The translations under genes and the position numbers were made by a program. A DNA stretch of 64,000 bases, from NCBI GenBank assembly GCA_951406725.2, contig OX597822.1, positions 16,740,001 through 16,804,000 on the forward strand. Direction: 5' to 3'. The notes under the pieces were generated by a model. It made no database searches and had not been told where the DNA came from. It was given only the letters and a program-made list of their open reading frames with translations. The DNA is from Octopus vulgaris. Its lineage: Eukaryota. Each line of letters starts with the position of its first letter. Within the stretch, counting starts at the first letter, position 1. Shown here in pieces: positions 1-12,959 of this stretch.

Positions 1-1860
1 AGTTACGGCAAGAACCGAATAGCAGTCAAAGATTCTAAGAAACAAAGTCAATGGGGATAAGTGTCAGGTGATGCCAACTTATGTGAGAAGTTTACAGTTG
101 CAGTACACAACAGGTTCATCCGTCGGTGGCGTCCCTCTGTGTCACAGGCTTGAGGACGAGTATTGCAGAGATGTATATGACACCCTAACCACTGCTGCCA
201 ACAAAGATATGCCACGAGAATTGCTCTCCACAGAGAAAGAAAAAGAAGACACTAGTCTTTGCTTCTGATCATAAGTTCCAGAGATAATTTGAAGAAGGAA
301 CTTGGATTCTTCTAAGCTGCCCATGATGAAGCGTACAAACTGGTATTAGATGTACAGGTTGGGTCCAAAACGAAAGAGCTTCATGAAATTTCTGAAGGAA
401 CTTATCAACAAGAGAGTTTTCTGCGGTGATCCTTTTAGTTGGGAAACCCACTGACCAGCATTTACGCTACTGATTTCAGTTCTTTAAATTGTCACTTGGT
501 AAAACAGAGCTACGCAGCACCGAAATTGACGACGATCCTTTCACCAATTACAATTTAGTAGATGTAACCTATCGATCTAGGATGGATAATTCATCAGAGA
601 ACTTTAGAAAAATGCTTTTGAAAGTTTCAGAAACAAGACGCCAGTTCCGGATAAGATTCCAGCTGTCATCTGGAAGAGTTTGATATTCCACAAAAATCTG
701 TTTGGCTTCTGTGAGACCTGTAAAGGAAACAAACCAAATCTTGAATCTTCAATTGTTGCAGATCCAAAGAAAAGCGACTTTAAAACTGGTTTAGAATTAC
801 AGAACTGCATTCTTACTTCGAAAATTTATTATTCTATGCTCCTTGAATAGAATTCCTTGTTATATTGATCCCATCCTGCGATGAAACGTCTTCCACAAAG
901 TTAAATCAGCTCCACCACAGAGACTTGCCATCAGAAAAATCTATGAAAGCATAAATTGTATTTATGCATTTCTACAAAGCATATTTAGTGTGAAAAGAAA
1001 TATCAAGTTTCAGATCCTGTTCAACTAAGATATCCTAGATGAGATTGCCAAAGCCATTGTATCATATACGAAAATCCATCATGCATACAAGCTTTGTGAA
1101 AAGCACACGACGGTCCATCTTTAAAGTACAGTCCGACAACTGTAGGAATCCTTCGGGAAGATATTCTACATCTTCTTCTCTTTGGGATTGTCCTGGACAG
1201 CATCCCTAGGCAATCTTGGTGCCATTCATGGCAACAGCTTCACCGTCAAGTAGAAGTGATCAGGACATCTGCAGAGCACATATCTGTGAGCTTCACTACC
1301 AATTCGCTTGCTTACATATCTATGTGATGCTCCAGCTTTGCCAACATCCCTTAGCGACTAGGGCATTCTACTAACGATCGTAAAGTTGTGAGTTCAATTC
1401 CAGGCGATGTGTTGTGTCCTTGTGCAAGACACTTTATTTCACGTTGTCCAATCCACTCAGCTGGCAAAAATGAGCTGTATCTATATGTCAAGGGGACCGG
1501 CCTTGTCACATTCTGTGTTACACTGATTCTCCCATGGATTATGATGTTAAGAGCGCAATGTGTCTGTGAAGTATTCAGCCTCCCGCACGTTGGAGTGCCA
1601 GTTAGCATCGCTTGAGAATTGTGCAGCCAAAGTTGGTTTGTTTCTCAATGCAATGAAGACTGGATACATGAACATCAAAGAAGATAGAAGCGGCTTTTCA
1701 CTTTGTTCCAACAATGATACAAAACTCAAGGGGTCAGTAACTTCAAGTACTTTGGCTCCTATGTTGCTGACAATAAGAAATACTTGCTTACACGCAAGCC
1801 CGAACGGCCTAGAATAAGCTTAAAAATCATGTGGCACTCAGGCATTTCAGATGAGTCTTC
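1..1860 (+). mobile_element. Decayed RTE-type LINE reverse transcriptase relic, split by a SINE at 1351-1608
   Basis: Frame-shifted translation gives RT-region motifs KFTVAVHNRF, KTPVPDKIPAVIWK, SKIYYSML..NRIPCYIDPILR and GILREDILHLLLFGIVLDS (GxLQGDxLAPxLF-like). After the SINE it continues as LENCAAKVGLFLNAMKTGYM and NFKYFGSY. Many stops and frameshifts. Confidence 0.8.
1351..1608 (+). mobile_element. tRNA-derived SINE inserted in the LINE relic
   Basis: B-box-like GAGTTCAATTCC; body GTGTCCTTGTGCAAGACACTTTATTTCACGTTG..CCACTCAGCTGGCAAAAATGAG shared with copies at 2545, 35815, 57512 and 61270. Confidence 0.85.
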
Positions 1861-2544
1861 TTTCTGGTGTCGAAACTTTGATTATGAAGAACATAATATG
1901 GGTGGAAGGTAGCGAGAGATCGATAGAGACGGAGTGGGAGAAGAGATTCGATACCAGACGCAAAGAGAAACAGTAGCATTTGACGGAATATATCATTGGG
2001 ATATTAGAACAAATGCGCATACATGTGTTTGTATTTGTGTGTGTGCGTGTATGTGTGTATGTGTGTGTGTGTTTGTGTGTGTCAGTGTGCGCGTACGTGC
2101 GAGCATTTGTCAGCCTGGTAACATTGATTTTGGCCGCAAGTCTTCATACCGGACCCTTCGATCTTCTCCTCCCACTCTCCCACATACACATAGAACCTAC
2201 ATGCCTGGCTAATGAACATATTTCTCGCTTGCTTATTAACACTTTTGATAAGGGTACGCTACTCGAAATATTAAGACTACTATTAATCTAACATTTCATT
2301 ATGTTTGATATTGTTAGAATTTATGTTGAATTATCTGACTGCATTGTTGTAGTTTTCTACGACATACTGATCGGATGCATTACATTCAAGATGCATTGTG
2401 TTAAATCCAGTTGAAACATTATCTTGGATAAATCAATACGAATTGCAAAGATAATATTTTTTTAGAAATTTTGAAAAATATATAAGTTTTGTTAAAAATG
2501 ACTTCTTCAAACGGTGGGAAAAGATGATTGTAAATGTAATACTG

Positions 2545-2822
2545 CCATTCCGTCGTCTACGACAATGAGGGTTCCAGTTGATCTGATGAATGAAACAGCT
2601 TGTTCGTGAACTTCACAGTCAGACATACATTTAAAAAAAGTTCGCATGGAGATTCAGTCCGACGCAGAATGTGATAACGCTGGCCCTTTGAAACACAGTT
2701 ACTACACATTTTTGTCAGTTGGGTGGACTGGAGCAACGTGAAATAATATGTCTTGCCCAAGGATAAATCGCGCCGCCGGGAATAGAACTCATGACCTTAA
2801 GATTGTAACCCAAATACCTTCA
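2545..2822 (-). mobile_element. tRNA-derived SINE (same family as 1351-1608)
   Basis: Reverse complement has A-box GTGGCTCAGTGG, B-box-like GAGTTCTATTCC, the same body, and the same 3' tail as 62820-63010. Confidence 0.85.
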
Positions 2823-2861
2823 CCACTGAGCCACGCACCTTCACTGTAAATTTAATAATAA

Positions 2862-3045
2862 TGATTTCAAATTTTTGCCACAAGGGCAGATGGGGGGGGT
2901 TAATTCAATTACATCGACCTCACTGTTTCACTGGTACTTATTTAATCGACCCAGAAAGGATGAAAGGCAAAGTCGATCTAGTTGGAATTTGAACTCAGAA
3001 CGTATTCCGTCCAGCGTGCCAACGATTCTACCAGCTTGCCACCTT
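2862..3045 (-). mobile_element. SINE with GTCGACTTTGCCTTTCATCCTTTC core (Meta-domain-like)
   Basis: Reverse complement of TTCTGAGTTCAAATTCC..GACTTTGCCTTTCATCCTTTC..GTCGATTAAATAAGTACCAG; more than 10 copies in the window. The Meta-SINE assignment is from recalled similarity only. Confidence 0.8.
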
Positions 3046-3834
3046 AATGTAAATTTAATAATAATATAATGTGAGAAGGGTAGCTAGCAAGAAAATTACT
3101 GGCAATTTATCAATGGGATAATTAGGTTAACGAGGAGAGGTGATACATGGAAGATTATCAGGTAGGGACAAGTGGTCAGGTAAGAGAAAGTGGGGTTCTG
3201 TCGTGGATCATCTAAGTAACAGATTTAATAGAAACCAGCAGAGAGATATACATAACACGTGAGTGAGTGATTGTGTGTGGGTGGGTGTTTATGTACTTGT
3301 GTATGAGTGTACTTATGTGAGTGAGTGTGTGAGTTTTGATTCTGGTCAAATTTCGGTTAAGATAAGAAAGTATGTATTTTAATATAACCACAGCCTGAAG
3401 CCTTTGGACTGGTAATTAAGTTATTGGTCTCACCTTCGCTAGGTTGCGATTTCGATTCTCGGACCAAGCGACGCATTATGTTCTTGAGCTAAGCACTTCA
3501 TTTCCTGTCTTTTTATTCTGCTCAACTGTAATAAAGTCCGAGCAACAACTTAGAAGTTAAGCCTGCAACAGACAGGCATCACAATCAGAGACGAAACATG
3601 CATTGAGTCCCGAAGCGCCTCAGAAACCTGGAGACGTTCCAGATTCATGAGAATGTACGCTCGAGGCACATTTTCATAGACAAAGTAACGGTTTAAATGT
3701 AGGATAACAAAGAAATCGGTAAAGGTAGGGGTTACTGGAAATGATCATCATTTGAAGTTTGGAAAGAAAGTTGCCCTGTGTTGGAATATTTGTAGGTTCT
3801 CTAATAATCGTTATAATTACTTGATGAAAACTCT

Positions 3835-4127
3835 CAGCTTATTTTGCTGAGTACGATGGAAAGTGTCTGCTGTCCACAGCCAGCAGACTAAGGTGACACT
3901 TGCTTATTGGTCATGCTTCAAGAACTCTGCGAAGAACTCTTGCAGTTCCAAGCAATGATGATTTTTGTAGGTGTTCTCTCTTTATGTTTGTACCAATCTT
4001 TTTTGAGCCATGCTGAAAGATGAGTGCTGATACTTCCAAGTGCGCCAATCACTATTGATATCATGCACATTCTCCTCATTGCCCACAATCTACCTATCTG
4101 CCCACTTCAATTTGTCATAGTTGTTCA
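3835..4127 (-). mobile_element. R4/Dong-type non-LTR retrotransposon 3' fragment
   Basis: Minus strand reads IVIGALGSISTHLSAWLKKIGTNIKREHLQKSSLLGTARVLRRVLEA*, the C-terminus of RLE-type elements. The 5' junction abuts (TTA)n at 4128-4170. A paralogue lies at 14295-14570. Confidence 0.8.
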
Positions 4128-4169
<42 letters not shown>

Positions 4170-4170
<1 letters not shown>

Positions 4171-4370
4171 GGAAAGTGGTGAGCTGGCAAAACTGTTAGC
4201 ACGACGAAATGCTTAGCGGTATTTTGCCCGTTGCTACGTTCTGAATTCAAATTCCGCCGAGGTCGACTTTACTTTTCATCCTTTCGGCGTTGATAAATTA
4301 ATCGACTGTACCCCCTCCTCCAAATTTCAGACCTTGTGCTTATTATTGAAAGGATTATTATTATTATTAC

Positions 4371-4409
<39 letters not shown>

Positions 4410-4620
4410 TGGAAGGCGGGGAGCTGGCAGAATCGTTAGCAGGCCGGGGGGAAATGTTTAGCGGCACTTCGTCTTCTTTACGTTCTGAGTTCAAATTCCG
4501 CTGAGGTTGATTTTGTATTTCATCCATTCGGGGGTCGATAATGTCGAGCACTGGGGTCGATTCAATCAACTTAGCCCCCTCCCTCGAAACTGTTGACCCT
4601 CTGCCAAAATTCCAAACCAT
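4170..4620 (+). mobile_element. Two Meta-domain-like SINE copies separated by (TTA)n
   Basis: Heads GGTGAGCTGGCA (about 4178) and GGGGAGCTGGCAGAA (about 4419), each followed by TTCAAATTCCGC and the shared core. Confidence 0.8.
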
Positions 4621-4624
4621 TATT

Positions 4625-4669
<45 letters not shown>

Positions 4670-4767
4670 TAACGACGCCAGGATGTGAATAGGTAAAAGA
4701 GCGTTTGTCAGCTGCAGCGGTACAACAACACAAACAAAACCAATGTAAATAGTCTGAGAGCCAGGAG

Positions 4768-4799
<32 letters not shown>

Positions 4800-4862
4800 G
4801 GCGGAATGGCATAGAAAAGTAAGTAGCAGCCGGTTCTAGAACAGCAGCCACGGCGGCAGCAA

Positions 4863-4894
<32 letters not shown>

Positions 4895-4900
4895 TTAGTA
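4620..4900. repeat. (GTA)n and (CAG)n microsatellites
   Basis: Directly visible triplet repeats. Confidence 0.9.
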
Positions 4901-5176
4901 GCCATAAAGAAAAGCATTCAGAACGTTCTGATGACGTTGAATAGTGGAGGGGCGATTGACAAGAATTTCGGTTTTCCTAATCAATCAATTTCGCACAGTT
5001 TATATAGTGACATAGCTCTGAACGCGAGACTTGGAAATGTGTAACTCGTAAATCAATCCAGCGTAAAGCGCTCAGATCGATAACGTAGTTTTCCAAGCGA
5101 GTCGTCTCGTTGCTGACGCAAACTCCTATCTGTGGTGATGTAATTCTTTGTTTCATTCAAAGTATATGTACGTGTT

Positions 5177-5177
<1 letters not shown>

Positions 5178-5222
<45 letters not shown>

Positions 5223-5910
5223 TGTGTACCTGTATATCTGTATGTTTGCAATATAGACAAATAGACCATCAAACAAATAGATAGTTAGATAGATAGATAG
5301 ATAGATAGATAGAGAGAGGGAGATAGATAGATAGACAGATAGACAGATAGATAGACAGATAGATAGACAAATAGAGAAAGAGAAAGAGAGAGAGAGAAAG
5401 GCAGGCAGTTAGGTAGGTACTATATAGATAGGTAAGTCGGAAGATTTAAATTTGCATATCAGTGTGTGTTTAAGTATATACTCATGCATGTATGTACATA
5501 TATGTGTATATGTGTATGTGAGTATATATGTCTTAGTATACGTATGTATGCGTGTGTATGTGTGTAATTATGTTTGTATGTATGTGCGTATGTGTGCACA
5601 TATGTAAATATATGTAAGTGTGCATGTATGTGCATATGTGCGTATATATGTATCAAAGTCTATATGCGTGTGCGTGTGTATACGTATGTATACTAGATTA
5701 CACACACAAACACACACACACACATTCATATTTGTGTGTGAGTGGGTGTGTCTATGTATATATACACACACATACACTCGTATATATATATATATATATA
5801 CGCACACACACTTACATACACATGCACACACACACATTCACGCAAATGCACTCAGACACATGTTCTCACACATACTTTCACACACACACACACACACATG
5901 CGCGCGCGCA
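5178..5910. repeat. Compound microsatellite block (TG)n/(GATA)n/(GA)n/(TATG)-like/(CA)n
   Basis: Directly visible; source of the spurious ORFs at 5459-5973. Confidence 0.9.
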
Positions 5911-6004
5911 TTAATTAGGAACAGGAAGAATAATCGTTCGACACCGAGAAGTTGGATAAACATTTCTTTTTAAAAGATTAACTTTTCAACGATCAACTTT
6001 CTGA

Positions 6005-6050
6005 GGCCCAACGTTTCGCGCAGACGGAAACTAACGTTTCTTCATAGAAA
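6005..6050 (-). ncRNA. Degenerate type I hammerhead motif at the 3' end of the Penelope element
   Basis: Minus strand: ttct-ATGAAGA-a-acgttag-tttccgt-ctgcgc-GAAA-cg-TT-ggg. Core C3 is lost and stem II is imperfect, but the palindromic AACGTT stem III is retained. Confidence 0.5.
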
Positions 6051-6159
6051 TTTCAAATCAAAAATGACACACTGTCATTTTGGTCGACTGTAGATGTGGA
6101 TGTGTGTTTAGCTCACAGATGTCGCCTCTGTCAGTCACGCCTAAAGTGACATCTCGACG

Positions 6160-8222
6160 GACTGATATTCCTATTTGGCCAATATAGTTATTACCACACC
6201 CTAAGCATGTAACGGTAAAGATTAGATTTTCCGAGACACAGATGAAATTTGATTTAATCTTAAATATTTCACCTTGTTTAAAGTGGAAGTCTGAACCCTC
6301 CAAAGGGTGGGGGCATGTACCACAGTTAGGTCGACCATATTTTTTCAATTTTTGATCTGTTGTTAATGGATATAATCTTGCGCTAGTTAATATTTTTTTC
6401 AGTGATTTCGGTTGCATTTTGCTTTTGATAATTTTGTGAGAGCCTAAAATTGTGTTCATTGTTTTATCTCTTGTGAAGATAGGAAGATTTTGGTTGATAA
6501 TGTTGAAGGCTTCGTTGTTTCTAGGGTTATGTGTGGAGATTTATAGGAGTATTTTAAAGTCTGGCGTAGTGTTTCGGTTGACTGCCCTTAATGTTCGTAT
6601 ATCTATTTCCTTAGCTCGTTTAATGCAATCATTTATTAATGATATTGGGTAATATCTTTCGATTATTATTGATCTGAGTTCAAGGAAACTTCGTTCACGA
6701 GTATAGGTGTCCGAAACTATGGTACAGATTCTTTTCGCTAGATTATAAGGTATATTAATTTTTATGTGTTTGTGGTGGCATGAGTTGAATAATAGGTATT
6801 GTTTAGAATCTGTGGGTTTATAGATGTCTGTTTCGATGTGGTTATTGACCATGTTTCGATGTGGTTATTTTAATTAGGATGTCAAGAAAAGGGAGTTGTT
6901 TACTGTTGTGCTCCATGGTGAATTTTATGTTGCTATTAATATTCTTAAGCATTATTTTGAAATCGAGGAGTTTGTCCATGCTGTCTTTCCAAAGTATAAA
7001 GCAGTCGTCCAGTTCTCTTTTAAATAGCAATGAAATGAGGTGCCGTATTTTTGTAGTGATGATTGATATATTTTAAGTTCTAGTTAACCCATTATAAGGT
7101 TTGCAATCACTGGAGCAGCTCGGGTTCCCATTGCAATTCCACATTTTTGTCGATAGTAAACTGTATCGAACATTATATAGTTGTTCAGTAGGATGAATTT
7201 GAGTGCTGCGATTATCAATCTGTGGTTGATGCGTCCTGGGATCTCTTCTGGGTATTTTTCTAGCCAGAAGGTGATCGCTTCTATACCATAATCGTGTGGA
7301 ATATTGGTGTACAAATTCACCACATCGAATGATACTAACAGGGTTCCTTCATTTATTGTCTTCGGGAGGTGGTTAAGCATGTCTAAGTCATCCCTGATGA
7401 AGCTTTTCACATATTTTAGAAACGGTTTGAGTAAGATGCCGAGGAAGTTGCTCAAACGGTGGGTTTCACAAGCAGGGCCAGTGATGGGTCTCTGAGGTCA
7501 GTAGGGAGAGGAACATTAATGCATAGGCGTGGAGAAACTTTGCAAGCTTTACAAATATGTAGATTTTTGTGTATTTTAGGTAATCCGTAGAATAAACTAA
7601 GTCTGTATTTAAAACTGGATAAATAGTCAATTTCATTTTTAGTGAGGCTCCTTCTATGTATTTGAAGAAAGGAGGATAAGTTTTTAAGTGTCTTCTTGTA
7701 TTGTACTTCTGTGAGTTGTATTGTCGATTAAATAAATACTTTTAAGTGTCTTCTGTGAGTTGTATTAAAATTTTGTAGTACTTTGTGTCCATCACCACTA
7801 CCGCACTTCCTTTGCCGGCTTCTTTAATGGTGAGATTTATATCATTTTTTTATCTCGATTAGGTCTTTCAATTCATTTACATTAAGGTTGGATTTAATTC
7901 GTTGTCTTTGTAGGGTATTAAAAGGAAAACTGGTAATGAGTTCACAAAAAGCATCAAGTGCTTTATTTCTGCCTTTTGTAGGACAGTTTACGCTTTTGTT
8001 TTTTACTATTGAGTTATCTTCGCTGGTGTAATTGTGAAATGCTTCGGTGAGGCGTAATATTCGGCAGAAATCCATAGTGTTATCCTTAATTTCATTCGGG
8101 TTCGATCTACGAGGGTTTGGAGTAAACTTTAAACCTCTTGCTAGAATTTTAGTTTGTGTAATACTTAGGATTTTGTTTGATAAGTTGCTTATTTTCGGTT
8201 GTTCTTGTACATTTTGTTCCAT
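6160..8222 (-). pseudogene. Fragmented Penelope RT/GIY-YIG ORF
   Basis: Five frame-shifted pieces. The GIY-YIG domain breaks off after YIGQIGISVR, consistent with an internal deletion. Confidence 0.85.
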
Positions 8223-8607
8223 TTCACATCTCTGTTTGTCTGATTTAGGTCTACAAAATGGTTGTAGTTGGTGGATTGTTGTGGAAAGTCTGTATTGTGT
8301 TTGGTTTGCTGAGGAGAAAATGGGTGTAAAGTGTGTCTGTGGTAGTATGCTTGTGGTGGAGTGACTGTGTAGTGGACTAGATTATGGTTGTACTGAAGGT
8401 TGTTTTATTGTCTATGGTTGATGAGGTTTGGGTTAAATTTATTTTTAATATTGTAATGTGGATGGAAGGAGAAGTTATGTTGTCTAGTTAGGTTATGTTT
8501 AGTTGAATGACTGAAGTAACCATGTTGAGGTTTAAGTCTCGGAGGTAAATTCTTCGATTGATTGTGAGATGATGGGGGTAGATTGGTAGGTATTGGTTCC
8601 GAAAAGT

Positions 8608-9369
8608 TTAGGATAGTCGAGGTTTCGATGTTGAACTGTGTTTCGTAGTTAATAAATTGGCTTGTCTTTCCCAGCGTTGCAGGGGGTTGGTTTCTTCAGC
8701 TTCGCAAGTTGTTTTCCAGAGTTTAAAAACACTTTCCAAGCTTTGGCCATCCGAATGTTTCTTTAATTCGTTGCATATTTCCTCATCGATGTCTTCAAAT
8801 TTCTCTTCATTGCTTAGCACTCTAAGCATAAGGAGTTCTATTTCTGTCTTCATTTTTTCCAGTGTTAGTTTCTCCCTTAATTGTCTTTCTTGGTTCTCCT
8901 CGTTTGGAATGGGTTTAATTTGGAATTTATGAGGCAAAATTATTGGTGTAGAATTTAGCCAGCGTTCATGAATTTCTGCCTTGTGGTTGTTTTTAATCGT
9001 ATTCCCGAAAGAAAATTTTCTGCCTTTAAGTTTTTCATTCCATATATGGATAATGCGGTTTTTAATTGATAGTGTAAGCGTGGTGGGGGTTCTATCTTGT
9101 GTATCATCTGTAGGAGGATTTTCATTTAAATAATTATTATGAGGTAAAGAATGAAGAGTGGTGCATAATTCGGACAAATGTTGATTGAGTTGTTCCAGCG
9201 ATTGTTCTTTCTCTTCTTTTTCTTTTGCCTCTTGTGTCATGTGAGTGAGTTCATCGATCTTGCTAATTAAAAGTCTCAAATTCGTGTTGATCTCTTTCAG
9301 TTCTTTAAGAGTCTCTTCGTTGAGAGTTTTTACTGTAGAGTTTGGTGTTTGTGGTATTTTCAATCTCAC
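8608..9369 (-). pseudogene. N-terminal coiled-coil ORF segment of the Penelope-like element (253 aa)
   Basis: K/E/L-rich helical, non-microsatellite ORF, upstream of and on the same strand as the PLE RT. Confidence 0.6.
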
Positions 9370-9581
9370 GTGTAGTGAAATACAATGTTACCAAAAGAAA
9401 ATAGAAACTACATGTGGAAATGTAAGGGGAAGAAGAAAAATAAGCGAAATTGCACATTGGAAATCAAAAAAAGTAAAGGCCTTTTTATGAAAAGTAACGA
9501 TAGATATATACAATTAGATGAACTGAGGTAGGAATAAAAGTAATAAAAGTCATTATTGGGAATTGTTAAAGAGATTTAAAA

Positions 9582-9623
<42 letters not shown>

Positions 9624-9745
9624 ATGGATACTGCAAAGTCTGAAAGAGCCTAAGACTCGCAGTACGTCATAATGGCGCCCCGTGTTTCTATAAATATATC
9701 GGCTTAGGGGAAATAAAATAAAGTAAGATACAAATCCAGAAATAC

Positions 9746-9794
<49 letters not shown>

Positions 9795-10259
9795 TGTCTA
9801 TCTGTCTGTCTGTGTCTGTGTGTCTGTGTGTGTATGTGTGTCTGTGTGTCTGTGTGTGTCTGTGTGTCTGTCTGTCTGTGTCTTTGTGTATATCTATATG
9901 CGTGTGTATTCATGCAAAAGTACTTACATATTTTCCTATTAAAAGCTGTTGAAAACGAAAATGAGAAATAGAATTACAAAAAATAAATTTTAAAAATCTA
10001 AGTAAACTAATAAATAATATCACATATTGTCTTATATTCAAAATTAATCTTGTTTTATCAACACTTAAAATTACAGAGAATTGACAGTTTTGAGTTGAAG
10101 CAAGAATTTGCTGTTTAAAGTTGGAACCGTGCCAAAAATATAACAATATTTAAAATATTGATATCTCAATTAAAATCCAATTTATATTTCTTTGCTACGC
10201 ATATACATACATACATATATATATATGTGTGTGTGTATGTGTATATATATATATATATG

Positions 10260-10300
<41 letters not shown>

Positions 10301-10883
10301 ATACATATATATGTACACACACACATAGTTTGGTTTGATCATTTTTGGCTTAGCTGTCAAAACATTGTATAGTTAATGTTTTTTTACACTATATGTATGC
10401 TTGAATGTGCAGTGTGTATATATGTAGGCATACACCCATACACACATACACACACACGAATACACAATTAGATAGATACATACATACATACACAGATACA
10501 TGCATACATACATACATACACACACACAATCACTTTTTCCTTCAGTCCTTCTGATAAAGAGCGTAAGACGCACATAATCGTAGTCACAATTTTTATTTAA
10601 TCTTTGTGCGATACACCTGATCATTAAGAGTGCACAGCAACTCAGCAGGAGGTAGGTTGTGCTATGATTTATATCAGTTGAAACCTCTCTCCCTCTCTAT
10701 CCTTCTCTCTCCCTCTCACTCCCACTCTCTCTCCTCCTCCTCCTCTCTCTCACAGTACATACATATATTATTTTTATGTTCCGATATATTAAGAACAATG
10801 AATAAGCAGAATACACATACACAAACCTACACACAAGCATACATAAATATATGCATACACACTCACACACATACATACATACA

Positions 10884-10914
<31 letters not shown>

Positions 10915-11674
10915 GTATGTATATACACATGCACGCTGACGCATACGCATGCGCCCAAACAAACAAAAAAGAACGCAGCTCCGATAACGGACAGAGTTAG
11001 CAACCACAAAGGAGGTCGCAAGAAGCAACGAAAATTTTAGAAAAAAAAAAAAAATAAACAAGTAACTTTTATATTCATCTAAAGGATTACTCTATACTAT
11101 TGTAAAGTTCAAATTGTTCTTCTTAAACAAGAATATTTTTGACAGTGACTTCGAAGGTTTGGCCATCAGCCATCGTCGGACTTGAAGTCAATTTTGGTTT
11201 TCTATAGTCTCTTAAGTTCAAATCTTCCTTGGGGATGTGCTTTGGAGAAAATTTTTTATTGATTAAATTTGGGTTTATGTTATTGTTCAGAATTTATTAT
11301 TGCATGTAGAACTTTACATTAGATGTGAACATGTCCCCATCGGGTCATGAGGTGGTTTTTTAAGTGTCCACAAAACGGAGGTGCGAAATAAGTTTTATTG
11401 ATCAGCCAGTGTGCCAATACATTTTTTAGCTATTTTTGATGTTATTGGATTGAATCCTTTACTGTAAAGTCAAACGTTCAAAATTTAGTCCTGCATTTAA
11501 AATAGTAATTAGGTGTATTAACTTTTTAATAATGGAATTTTTAAAAAGTTCACAACAGAATGTAAGTAGGTGTCATGCTTTAGTCGATCAGTATATTTAC
11601 TTGTTGTTATTAGGGTATTTCCTGTTTACAATTGCCCCGTTATTTTAACTTTTGCTTTGTATTTTTCTTTTTAA

Positions 11675-12068
11675 GGGGGCGTGCTGGCAGAAACGTTAGC
11701 ACACCGGGCGAAATGCGTGGCCGTATTTCGTCTGCCGCTACATTCTGAGTTCAAATTCTGCCGAGGTCGACTTTGCTTTTCATCCTTTCGGGGTCGATTA
11801 AATAAATACCAATTATGCACTGGGGTCGATATAATCGACTTAATCCGTATGTCTGTCCTTGTTTGTCCTCTCCGTGTTTAGCCCCTTGTGGGAAATAAAG
11901 AAATAGGTATTTCGTCTGCCGCTACCTTCGGACTTCAAATTCCGTCGAGGTTGACTTTGCCTTTCATCCTTTCGGGATCGATAAATTAAGTACCAGTTGC
12001 GTTCTGAGGTCGATCTAATCGACTGGTCCACTCCCCCAGAATTTCGGGCCTTCTGCCTAGAGTACAAA
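11675..12068 (+). mobile_element. Dimeric Meta-domain-like SINE
   Basis: Head + core, then linker TGTCTGTCCTTGTTTGTCC..TTTAGCCCCTTGTGGG..AAAGAAATAGG, then a second core and tail. Possible TSD TATTTTTCTTT on both sides. Confidence 0.85.
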
Positions 12069-12084
12069 AGTACATATTTTTCTT

Positions 12085-12900
12085 TCTTTTACAGCATTTA
12101 TGTTTCCATTTAATTCTGATATTTTGTAAGCACTTGTACTTGATACTCTCTATTCTTATTATTAGGTGCTTTTGTGATCATAAAATGATGTTTAATAATA
12201 ATATTCTGACTGAAGAAGAACTTGCCTTCCTACATTCGTGGTTATGTAATATTTCTGAACAGACATTTTTCTTCTTTTATTGCTCTTTGTTTCGCCATCT
12301 AGTTTCGCTAATTCACTCAACTTCCAGTTGAGAATATTATAACTCTATCTTATTAATGGATCAATAGAGTTTTTATCCATATTATCTTCTTCTAAGCATT
12401 TCGCACACTTCTAAGTACTTATCTCATGCGACTATAATATTTCTAATCTTTACTGCTTTCATTTGGCTATACTGTACTCTCTCCTGTTCTTTGATACCTC
12501 AATAATTTTGGGTTCTTGTCTAATTCTCTCATCTCGATTTCGTTATGTACAATGATATTGCTGAGTTTTATTAGATTTCCCTTATTCAGTTTGCGCAATT
12601 CTCTAAATCAAATTTTACGCTGACATCTCTACTGAATCCGTGCAAGCTACAGAACTACATAACAGTTTCTAGTTGCTTGTCATCTGCTGCAAACAAATTG
12701 AAGTTATCCTTACACAAGAGTCGAAGGATTCTTGCTTGGAATTGCAAACGGTCTGATGTAGCTGTTTTAAATTTACAAGCATCAAACACCAACGGGGAAT
12801 GATGCTGTCCCATTGGTGTTTTCTATTTTAATAAGGATTATTTTCTTTTTCTGTAATCCATCTTTTGTTGGAGTTATTATGACTATTATTACTAGTGTTG
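12085..12900 (-). mobile_element. Highly decayed R4/Dong-type RT region
   Basis: Minus strand reads KDNFNLFAADDKQLETV (MDDLKLFAxxDxQL-like), FSRDVSVKFDLENCAK and KYYSRMR, matching the post-YMDD region of R4/Dong RTs. Confidence 0.65.
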
Positions 12901-12959
12901 CGAATTGGAAGAATCGTAAGAGAATCGTATACAATAATCTGTTTCATTATTATTATTAT

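Larger units (their letters stand above)
5960..9585 (-). mobile_element. Penelope-like element (Neptune-type), decayed
   Basis: Colinear minus-strand ORF pieces: N-terminal coiled-coil (8608-9369), LARGLKFTP (7842-8222), RT with LVSFDVVNLYTNIP and GIAMGTRAAPVIANL (7084-7455), LDDCF (6842-7030), YKPTDSKQYL thumb region (6541-6852), then GRPNCGTC plus CVSENLIFTVTCLGCGNNYIGQ (GIY-YIG start, 6058-6459). A Cys motif between RT and endonuclease is typical of the Neptune group. The 5' boundary is uncertain. Confidence 0.9.
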
